The notes under the pieces are model-generated. The model was given only the letters and a program-made list of their open reading frames with translations, had not been told where the DNA came from and made no database searches. A stretch of 64,000 nucleotides of DNA, taken from the NCBI GenBank assembly GCA_039096225.1, contig JBBPEB010000015.1, forward strand, positions 992,001 through 1,056,000. Reading direction: 5' to 3'. The DNA comes from Blastocystis sp. Blastoise. Taxonomy: Eukaryota; Protista; Bigyra: Opalinata. Within the stretch, counting starts at the first letter, position 1. Each line of letters starts with the position of its first letter. Shown here in pieces: positions 22,813 through 34,046 of the stretch. The translations under genes were made by a program, and so were the position numbers.

Positions 22813-25800
22813 TTATATAGGAGCAACATTTTGGATTTGTACAGGTGCAACTACAGGTGCAACTACAGGTGGAACAGTATGTGGTTTTAACTTTCTATTC
22901 TTTTTTGATTTCGTTGTAATTAATAAAATACAAGTAATTATTAAAGCCACAATAAGTATTATAATACTTATAATTAAGATTATAGTAATAATTGAGATAG
23001 AATTACCTGTTGATACTATTTCTCCATTAATTGAAATACCAGTAATTCTCTTAAGATTAGAATCAGTACTTGCTTTACATGATTTAAAAAGAATAGAATC
23101 ACTACCTGTAAATAAAGTATTTATATCATTCTTTATATTATCTTCATCAGATTTATTAACAGTTATTCTTACATTAACTGAAACACCATCAGTATAAGTA
23201 GATATACTAGAAACACTAATAATCTTTACACTAGAAGAAGGAATAGAATAACTAGCAAGAGATTGAACTATAAGTGTTCTAAAGGTTTCAGTAGTAGAAG
23301 GAACATTAAAATCAGTATCAGTTAATCCTTCAAGTTTAATGGAAAAATTAATAAAGACTTTATCATCAGTAGGATTTTCTTGAGAATTATACATAAAACA
23401 ATCAGAACTATCAGCAATTTGCCAAGAAGCAGTACCAACACCTGTATTTTGACAAACACGACTTTGAATACCGGATTGACCTAAAGGACATTCAAGATAA
23501 GCAGTTATACCTCTTTCAGTAATAGGCCAAATACCATCAGAAGGACATTTAACAATACTTATCGTAATAGTAATAGTAGCAGTTGATTCTCCTCTAGAGT
23601 TAGAAACAGTAATAGAATAACTATTAGTAGAAGAAGAAGTAGGTGTACCATATATCAAACCATTTTGAGTATTAAAAATGAATCCATCAGGAAGAGAAGG
23701 AGATATAGTAAGATCATTAAGACTACCACCAGTAATAGAAGCAATAATAGGAGTAATAGCATCATTTTTATATCCAATAATAGTATTTGTATTGTAAGAA
23801 ATTGAAGGCATCTTTAATTCGCAATTATTAATAATATCTCCCCAAACAGCAGGATATTCAAGTTTACATAACCTTGTTCTGAATCCTTCATAATTAATAG
23901 GGTCTTCACAAGGTAATGTGATTTGTTGACCAATATCTGTAATTGGCCAAATACTTTGAATGGGACATTTAGCAATACTAATAGTAATGGTAATAGTAGA
24001 AGTTGCTTCTCCTCTAGCATTAGAAACAGTAATAGTATAGCTTTCAGAAGAAGCAGTGGTAGGAATACCATATATAAAGCCATTTTGAGTATTCAATATT
24101 AATCCATCAGGAAGAGAAGGAGAAATAGTAAGATCATTAAGACTACCTCCAGTAATAGAAGCTACAATAGGAGTAATAGCAATATTTTTATAACCAATAA
24201 TAATAGTATTCGTATATGTTATAGAAGGTAATTTGAGTTGACAGTTATTTCTAATATCTCCCCAAATAGCAGGACTTCCTATTAAACATATTCTTGTTTT
24301 AAATCCTTCATAATTAATAGGATCTTCACAAGGTAAAATAATTTGCTCTCCAACTTCTGTTACTGGCCATATATCTTCCAAAGGGCAACTAGTTGTGTTT
24401 ATAGTAATAATAATATCTGTAGTAGTTTCTCCTTTTTCATTAGAAATAGTTATAGTATAAGAACCAGAAGAAGAAGTAGTAGGTGTACCATAGATAATAC
24501 CAGTAACAGGATTAAGTAATAAACCATTAGGAAGAGGAGGAGATATAGTAAGAGGATTCAAATTACTTCCAGTTATAATAGCAGTAATAGGTATTATAGG
24601 AACATCTTTATATCCAATAGTTGTAGATACAGTATATATTATAGTTGGCATTATTAATTGACAATTATTAACAACAGAACCCCAAACAGCAGGATAACCA
24701 ACTTGACATGATCTGGTTCTATAACCTTCATAATTAATAGTGTCTTCACAAGGTAAATCATATTTTTGGCCAATTTCAGTAAGAGGCCAATTACCTTCAG
24801 AAGAACAAAATACTAAATCAATATAAACCAAAATAGCAGTAGAAACAGAACCAAATTCATTAGTAGCAGTAATAGTATAAGTAGTAATATCAGAATTAGC
24901 AAGAGGAGTACCAGAAATCGTGCCATTAACTTGATTAATAGCAAGACCATTAGGAAGAGCTGGATCAATTGTATATGTCAATTCAGCACCAACTATAATA
25001 GGAGAAAGAGAAACAGGTATATTTTTATGGAAATTAAAAGGAGAACCAACATAGGAAAGATCAGTAGGAGCAACTAAAGTACAAAGAATTTCAACATCAC
25101 CAAATACACCAGCAGTACATAATCTTCTTTGAATACCAGCATAACCATTAGGACATTCTTGGAATGAATAACCACCTTCAACAGCAGGTCCCCAAATACC
25201 ATCAGCTACACAAGAAGAAGGAGTATTAGTAATATACAAACCAAACTCAGATAATTGAAAGCCATCACTACAAGTCTTTCCATCAAGAGAAGAATTATCA
25301 CATTCAGTAGCAATAAATCTATAAGAATTATAAGATTGAAAAGAATAGAAGTCATAAGAGAATGTTTGTTTATAAGAGGTAAAAAATTGTTGGTGTTCAT
25401 GATCTAATAAAGTCCAAGTAATACCATTATCATTAGAACCTTCTATTCTCCAACTAGAAGGAGATTTTTGATTGCAATTATTGCCATTTGTAATCTTATA
25501 ATGATTGATAAATTCTTTACGACCATTATTGAATGCATATTGATAAATAGCACCAACGCATCGTGGACCACTAACAACCTTTGTATTTAAATTATTATCA
25601 AATAACTTATCAGTACCTTCAGAATCAGTCTTTTCAATATCAGACCAAGCAACACCATCAGATACTCTGTATTCACCAGAAGCAATAAAAGAAACAACAC
25701 TTGTGAAATCATTAGTAGCAGGAAGAGTATCTTTCTTGTGAATCTCAATAGCAATAACATTAGTACCAGCAACAAGAATAGGGTTAATAAGTGTAGAAAC

Positions 25801-28800
25801 AGAACTAATAAAAGAAGTACTAGAAGTATATTCATCAGTAGCAACAGTATTATAATTAACAGCACCAGTAGGCATATTAATTCTTCTGACTTCATGACCA
25901 TTAAGATAAACAATCATACCAGCATAAGTACTAGCACTAATATCAATACCAGCAAAATCAGAATTCATAGTAGAAAGAGTGAAAGTAGTTCTATAATATT
26001 GAGTAGTACCAGTAGGAACAGATAAAGATCCAGCAATACCAGAAGTCCAAGCAGCATCAGAGAAAGTAACAGTATTCCAGTCAGAAGGAGCTTCAGAACC
26101 AGAATTTAAATATTGCCAAGTCGCATTACTAGAAAAAATCCTACCAATGCTTAGAATAGCAGTCTTAGGAGATTCATCTCTGGCAACAGTACCAGAAACA
26201 AGAGGTGTGGTGTCATCTTCAATATAAACAGAATAAGTACCAGAACCCCAACCATCATTCTTACTATCAGCTAATTCTAAATAATATGCACCAATATTTT
26301 TACAATAAACGAAATCTTGTGTAGAATAATCAACAGAAGTAGATCTTGAATCGACAACTTTATCATTAGAATCTTTAAGAGTCCAAGAAGCATCACTAGC
26401 ATAATTAGTAAAATAGAAAGATAATTTGAATAAATTATTAGGATAAGAACAAGCAATTACAGAGAAAGTAATATCAAAAGTTACATAACTACCTTGAAGA
26501 CTCCTAGCACTAATTTTATACGTAATAGGAGTTAATAGAGTAGTAGGAATACCATTGAAATGGCCATTAGAAGAATCCATAGTAATACCAGTAGGAGGAA
26601 GAGGAGCAATACTAAAATCATAATAATATTCAGAAGAAACCAAAAGATCAGGAATTATAGCATCTTTATAAGCAACAAGATTAGAAGGAGTGAAACTAAA
26701 ATCAGGAATAACAAGAGAATTAATATCTTCAATTAAGAATTCCCATTCAGAGAAAGCATATCTATTTTCATCCATAATAACAGCAGCTTTTGTAACAGCA
26801 ATTTTATAATTAGTATAAGCTTTAGTAGTACCAAGAGCATAGAAACATTTTCTTTGTTGTCTTTCTTTCCAAGAATTATTAGTTTGAGAAGTAATAGAAG
26901 TCCAAGTAATACCATCCATAGAACCATAAATAGTCCAATCAGCAGGATCATGACTAGGAGCATCTCTGTTGGAATAAATACAATATTTATTCATATAAAT
27001 AGCTCTCTTATTATTAAATTGAACGGAAACCCATTTTTCACTTACAGAATCATGAATAGGAGTAATCCAACGAGTATAAGGATTAGAATCAAAAAGATTA
27101 GCAGGATCACCATCTGTAAACACACCACTAGAAGCATAATAGCCATCAGAAGCATTTTGAATGACATTAGAATCGCCAAGAAGATGGAATATGCCATCGA
27201 AATCAAGTTTATAAGAACCACTGCCAATATTAACAAGAACAATAGCTACAGTAATACCATCACCATCAGAAAGAGTAGTCATAGGACCAGATACAGATCT
27301 CCATAAGAAAGAAGAATCACCATCAGTAGCAACAGTAGTTGTAGTAATTTCACCAGCAGCAATATTATATCTATAGACTTCATTACCATTCACATAAATA
27401 ACACAGCCAGCTTTAGATTTAAAGAATAATTCCCAACCAACCATATTAATCTTAGAAATAATAGTAAAAGTACTTCTAAGAAGAATAATACTTTGAGTAA
27501 CAGAAACAAGAGGATTATAGTAAAGTTGAGACCAAGATACATCAGAGAAAAGAGCAGTCTTCCAATTAGCATCAGTAGGAGCACCTTGTTGATATCTCCA
27601 AGCAGATTGAGGAGCAAGATCAAGACGAGTATTAACATAATAAGTAGTAGTAGTACCAGATAATAAATACATACGAGCAATTCTATGTTCAGTAGTAAGA
27701 TCATATTTTATAGAAACATCAAGATAAGCACCTTTTTCCCAGCCATCATTATTATCATCGAAAAGAACAAATTTCCAACGACCAGCAACTTGACATTCAT
27801 CTAATACTTGATTCGCACCATTATTAACACCATTAAGAGTACCAATTTGAGTATTATCTTCAGTATAAAAAACAACACGTTCATCTTTAGAAGTCGATTT
27901 ATTCACTTTAGTAATAACTATTTGAGCCATAATAGGTTGTTCACAAATAATAACACTAATAGTCATAGTAAAAGTAGTAGCAGCATTATTAGTACCATCA
28001 ATACCACTAATAGTATATGTTTTAGTGGGTGAAGTTACAGTTACAGAACCATATAGAACACCATTATTAGAATTAAAATTTAATCCAGTAGGTAAAGCAG
28101 GAGTAATAGTATAAGTATGAATACCACTTGAAATAGGAGCAACAGATATATATGCATTGGTATTAAAAGTTAGAGTATGAGAAGGATATTGAAGACCAGG
28201 AGTAACAAGAGGTTGACTTGTAACAAAAGTACGAATTTCAGCTAATTGAGTAATACTATTGCCATTATTATTTAATATATCAAATTTAATAAGATTAAAA
28301 TATTTCCTATTCGAAGGAATATTAAATATATAGCTAGTACTTCTAGCAGCAAAACTATTATTCATAACATGGTCTAAGAATGTCCAGGTAACACCATCAT
28401 CTTCAGAACCATAGAATTTCCATTCTTTTGGATCTCGTCCAATATAATCATTACCAGAAGTAACTTGATAAGCATTAAACCAAGTTTTAGATCCATTAGG
28501 AAGAGCAATAGTAATAGTACTAGAAGTACCTGTAAATAAATATTTAGTAGAATCAGAATCATCAGCAACGTTTCTACAAACTTCAATTGTATTATCGCCA
28601 TCAACAGAACAAGTAGCAGTACCACCAGAAGTCACAACTTCACCAGCTAGAATAATTTTAATGATAATAAAATACTTTTTTTTAATATATTATAATATTC
28701 GTTTAATAAAAATAGATTTATAAAAAAGTAAAATAAGTTAATAATAATATACTATTTGAAGAGATAGTATTCACATAAGCATCAAAGACATCAATAGTAG

Positions 28801-30023
28801 ATAATTGAGAGGAATGAGAGTGAATTTCAACAGCAATAGTAAAAGTAGTACTTGATATGAAATATTCAGAAAGAGGAATAGCTACTCTGTATAGAATATA
28901 GTATAAATAGAATTACATATTCTTTAGAAATATTTATACTAAGTATATACATACGTTTTCCAAGAAGCATTAGTTTCAGAAGTTAGAGAAATAGTATTAG
29001 AATTAGTTATACTATAGATATATTTTAGTATTATGATTCATAAAAGTTGAATATAGAAGATAGAATAGAATATATAAATATGAGATAGAATAAAATATAT
29101 ATATATAATAAAACATACGTAGGTAAACCAACACGAGAAGCTTCTTTACCGTTTATATAAACAATAAATCCAGAATTTGTTTTAATATTAATACGTAGAG
29201 CATAGGCGGCAGTATCAGTAAAAGAAGAAGAATATCTATAATAGCGAGTAGTAGTAGAAACAAGAGGGAAAATGCCAGGAGAATAAGAATTCCAATTGGA
29301 ATCATCAAAATTCATTTGAGTCCAATAGGTACCAGTTTGAGCACTAATAGAAGATTTCCAAACTGAACCAGGAAGAATAGGAAAATTTACTATTAGAAAA
29401 TATATAGAATAATTATTATTTAAATATTAACAAATTATTATGTTTATATATAAATAATACTATTAATAGCAATAAAAATATATACAAGTGAATTGTTGTA
29501 ATTTAGGAGTACCTGAAGAAACTTCACCATTATTGAGTCTCATCGTTAAAATTATAACATTATTATAAACAATATAAAGATAAGAACCAGCAGACCATCC
29601 ATCATTGTAACTAAAATTAGTATATAATTATGATAATTATTTTTTTTAATTAAATAACAAAAATAAGAAAAAAAATTTAGTTTTTTTAATAATAATGATT
29701 TGAACATACCTGTCGTACATTGCCACAGTATAAACACTATCCATTTCAAAACAGACTTCGAATTCTACAGTACTACCACTGATATTGCTAGAAGAACCCT
29801 GTCCTTGATGAATTAGAGTACCACTTGTATCTGTGCCTTTGAAAATTGTCCATGATTCTTCACTAGCATAGCTACCAAACTTTCTTTTAACAATAATAGG
29901 TAAATTGGGAGCGACACATTGTGATTGAACTATTTTTTAGGAGTTAAAAACAATAATATATATCACAAATATACCTAAAGATATCAATTCTAAAATGCAA
30001 AGTAGAGCAACGAATTGTTTCAT
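22813..30023 (-). CDS. Large type I cell-surface protein with F5/8 type C (discoidin)-like, putative Ig (He_PIG) and Cys/Trp HRM-like repeats
   Basis: Signal peptide MKQFVALLCILELISL at ATG 30023; several short 5' exons, then one ~5.8-kb exon. Discoidin motifs (RDPKEWKFYGSEDDGVTWTFLD, DPADWTIYGSMDG, SPSSWRIEGSNDNG), Ig repeats (PxLPxGLxxNxxxGxIxGxP), CPxxxxWPxTxxG...LPC...RxC modules, and a C-terminal TM helix followed by KSKKNRKLK. Confidence 0.9.
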
Positions 30024-30968
30024 ATTATTATGTATATATGTATATAAGTTTTCTTTAGATCTTTATGTTTAAAAGATCAATGTTTTTACTAAAAACAAGA
30101 AAACTTTTGTTAGCGAAAACAGATGAGTTAATGATCGCTTTTAAAAATAGTATTTCAAAAATATTTAAACTTTATTGGATCGAATTTTAGCAATTAATTT
30201 TAGTAATTTTATTATAATCCCGAAAAAACAACTATAAAAGTTGACCGAAAAAAGTAATAACTGAGTATTCATGACTTATTTATTCTTATATTTAGGAGTT
30301 TTTAGTATACTATACGATGAGAAAAGGATTCTTAAACTGATGCGTTAACCAATTCATTTAAACGTTTGAAAAACCAATTTTCAGAATTTCTAATTGTTTA
30401 ACAACAAGAGTGGTTCATCAGTTTGAATATTTAATAGTTTTCTATAATCTAAATATAAATTTCTCATATTCAATTGTATTCTATGCATAAAAAATGACAA
30501 TTTTGAAGAATTCTTTGTAATGTTATAAAGTAATAGTTTCTAAGTATTCTTTATTTGTTGAGGAGATTTACATGATTATGGATATCATGAATAATAGCGA
30601 ATTTATGAATTTAAAAAACATTTATCGAAACAATTTTTTGTCACTAGTGGTATTTCTCAAGTCAAAATTATCCTTTCCTTTAAACTAAGAAAAACATATA
30701 TTTCCACTGTTTTTTCTTATGTAATTATCTTTCAGCAATTTTCATAGATTGTTTATTTTTTTAAATCGATACTATAAAAATGCCTTCCAAAAGACTTTTT
30801 TAATGGCGCCTCAATTGTCACAAAATGTTGAATATTTCGATAAATACAATTAAAAAACACACAAAATAACAAAAACAATAACAATAGTAAGCGAAACCAA
30901 TAATTTTTTTTAATTTCTTAAAATTATATATATCTTTTCAATTATTTGTTTTTAAAGTGTTTAAAAAA

Positions 30969-31946
30969 ATGAAGATTATATTACTTGTGTTCCTTTTATA
31001 TTCTTGTTTCTCATTAGAATATTCAAATGTTTATTATCAAAATCAATTTGGCAATTATCAATCACTTTTTAATAAAAAGTATTCTGGATTGGAATTACAA
31101 TATAGACTTCAAGTATTCTCTAAGAATCTTGATTTTATTAATAATGAAAATAAGAAAAATCATACGTATCTTCTTGGTTTCACTTCACTTACTGATTTAA
31201 CAAATGAAGAATATCAGCAAAGTAAACTCTGTGGTTGTGCTGCACCTAAGCCAAATGAATACCTTCGAAAAACTCAAGCTACTTCAATTCATCGTTCTCT
31301 TCCTGAATCTATTGATTGGAGAGAAAAAGGAGCTGTTAATCCTATTCGAGATCAAGGTGACTGTGGATCTTGTTGGGCTTTTGCTGCAGTTGCTAGTATT
31401 GAAGGTGCTCATTTTCAATCTACTGGAGAATTATTATCATTATCTCCACAACAACTTGTAGATTGTGATCCTTCATCTTATGGTTGTGAGAGTGGTCTCG
31501 TTGAATATGCTTTTCGTTATATTATAAGTAATAAAGGTATCTGTAGTGAAGAAGATTATCCTTATACGGCTGTTACAGGTACTTGTAACGATAAGAAATG
31601 TAAACCTGCTACTTCGATATCTTCTTTTTCCATAGTACCTCGTTGGAGTGGTGAAAGTATGCTTACTGCTATTTCAGAACGAGTTGTATCATTAGGAATT
31701 GCTTCTCGAAGTGATGTCTTTCAACATTATTCTAGTGGAATTCTTGACTCTGAAGATTGTGGTACAAATATAAGTCATTATGTAGCTGCTGTAGGATATG
31801 GAGAAGAAAATGGAAAGAAATATTTTATTATTCGTAATACATATGGTGAAAATTGGGGTGAAAAAGGATATATACGTCTTGCTTATACAGAAGAAGGAAT
31901 GGGAATGTGTGGTATTTATATTGATGGAAAGTATCCTATTATGTAA
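30969..31946 (+). CDS. Papain-family (C1A) cathepsin L-like cysteine protease, intronless
   Basis: Signal peptide MKIILLVFLLYSCFS; I29 prodomain with ERFNIN-like motif; LPESIDWR; QGDCGSCWAF (catalytic Cys); SHYVAAVGYG (His); IRNTYG (Asn). Confidence 0.96.
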   Translation: MKIILLVFLLYSCFSLEYSNVYYQNQFGNYQSLFNKKYSGLELQYRLQVFSKNLDFINNENKKNHTYLLGFTSLTDLTNEEYQQSKLCGCAAPKPNEYLRKTQATSIHRSLPESIDWREKGAVNPIRDQGDCGSCWAFAAVASIEGAHFQSTGELLSLSPQQLVDCDPSSYGCESGLVEYAFRYIISNKGICSEEDYPYTAVTGTCNDKKCKPATSISSFSIVPRWSGESMLTAISERVVSLGIASRSDVFQHYSSGILDSEDCGTNISHYVAAVGYGEENGKKYFIIRNTYGENWGEKGYIRLAYTEEGMGMCGIYIDGKYPIM

Positions 31947-32066
31947 ATGGTAAATAATAGTGTTTATATAATAATGTAAAACATATGTACTATAAAATAT
32001 ATGTATTTTTATATTCTTGTAATCTACATATTGTCATAAGTTATACTTATTAAATATATTTCTATT

Positions 32067-32074
32067 TGTTTGTT
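32067..32074 (+). terminator. TGTTTGTT candidate 3'-end/polyadenylation motif of the cathepsin gene
   Basis: Exact Blastocystis-type motif 120 bp after the stop; function inferred. Confidence 0.45.
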
Positions 32075-32082
32075 TTTGAATT

Positions 32083-32095
32083 CACTATCAGCGAT
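32083..32095 (+). repeat. Left CACTA TIR
   Basis: CACTATCAGCGAT preceded by ATT. Confidence 0.93.
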
Positions 32096-33062
32096 TTCCA
32101 TGAATAAAAATGGCCTTCTTTGTCACGTTTTGCTTTTTGGATTTAAGATTTTTTCAGAACAATTAAACAAGGAAAAAAAATACCCTCCACAGAATAAACA
32201 ACAAAAAGCATAAAAAAACCCAATGAAGATTTTTAGTATATACACGATGATTATTTTTGGTCGCTCTTTGAATAATTAATTTAAAAACTATTTAATGATT
32301 TAAATTTATCTTTGTTATTTTCATAAACTACTCTATACGCAACTATGGCTTTAACCATTATAACAAAAATTAGAAAACAAAACGAGTAAATTGTAAATAA
32401 ATTCTAATTGTGAAATAACATTAAAACATTTTTTTAAATCTATCTACTGGTGGTAATTACTTCTGTCTATAAATACTCTATATAAAAAAAATAAGTTAGA
32501 ATTATTCAAATCAATAAATAGTTATACATACCTAATTCACATCGTTAAAGATAGCTGTCATTTCAATGCACGTTACAATTTATATGAAGCAACTAAAGAA
32601 AGGGATATTGATAGTTAATTAAATAATAGTAACAAAGAATTATAGAAATACGAAACAAAATACTTGCTACCCTTGAATAATCAAACACCTGACATTCTAT
32701 ATAAAAAGATGTTATGATATTTTACAACATTATATACATTAACAAGATAATTGATTCGAAAATTGATAGACACCTAGACACAATAATACTTTAATACTGT
32801 TTAAAAGTAAAATACATTTTCAAAGAGTATAGTTATTGAATATGTTCATTGATATTTTTGTTGTGAGATAAACAAAGCAATAAAATAAAATATGAATGTA
32901 TGGTGTAAAACAAAAAATAAAGTCAGCATAAAAATATATTCTATTAAAAATACTTAGCCAATCATTTTAATATAAATCAAAAGAATTATAGTGTAGAAGA
33001 TAAATAGCCAATCATTATGAAATAGAATAAAGGAATAAAGAAAAATAGAATAATTCAAAGAT

Positions 33063-33849
33063 TTATCCTGAGAATGGTAGAATCTCTTGGCATTTCTGCA
33101 AATTGTTTATTATTGTTTCATAATGTATATATGTATAAGAACTTGTATTTGGAAAAGGACTAATTGGAATCCATTTGCCAAACTAAAAATAAAGAATATT
33201 ATATAAAAGAATGATAAAAGAAACGTATAAAAGCATACAATCTCAGAGGATCCTGAGTCATGTATTTCTATTTCTCTATCTAAATGAAACCCAAAGAATT
33301 GAGGAAACGAGCCTTTTCGACGACGATTAGTAATACATTCACGAACACAAACCATTATAATTTCATCACTATAATTATCTTGTTTCTCATATGTATGCAA
33401 ATAAAGACGAGCAAGACGACAAATATATATGTAGACCTCTGACTCATGATCTAAACATATATTATTCTTTTTTAATGTAAACATGGATTTTGCATTTTTT
33501 CGTATAGCTTCAGGTAAGCAAAAAGGAATTACCTTTATTATAGTCTATTGAATTAAACATTATATATGTATACAATAAATACTTTTAATTTATTTGAATT
33601 CAACTTCTTGTTTCTAAATGGAATATCTCTTTTAATGGAAAGTCTTCTTATCATAGCCTCACATTCTATAAAAACATCTGAGCAACGAATAGTCTTTTCT
33701 AAATAATTATTACCAAAGAATTAAATTGAAATACCATTTGTCTCTTCACCTTTTAATTCGTTAAAATAATGTTCGATAGCTTTATAGATATCTTCTTGAA
33801 GACTATCAATTTTATTTCTTTCTAATGAAGATAAAGTAGATGATTCCAT
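33063..33849 (-). CDS. Transposon second gene (~218 aa), putative accessory/DNA-binding protein
   Basis: ATG at 33849; GT-AG introns 33699-33734, 33545-33582 and 33183-33238 give an open 657-nt CDS ending in TAA at 33063-33065. C-terminal half contains IMVCVRECITNRRRK. Confidence 0.7.
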
Positions 33850-34046
33850 GAAAAAGAAAGTAAAAGAAAAAATATATATGAAAACCGTGATAATAATCAG
33901 TAAAATTCTACAGAAGAAATGAATTTTATTTTTTTTAATAAACATTTTTCATAGTATTTGTTATAATGAATAATTATAGACATAAGATATCTAATAAGAA
34001 GAAATCAGGAATAAATAGTAAGATATAAAAATAAGAAATAACATTA

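Noticed and set aside
23814-28625. Overlapping Leu-rich and antisense ORFs within the surface-protein exon
   Set aside because: Shadow frames caused by strong NNT codon bias.
33699-33734. In-frame TAA in the transposon second gene suggesting stop-codon reassignment or a pseudogene
   Set aside because: It lies within a 36-nt GT-AG intron; other genes end normally at TAA.
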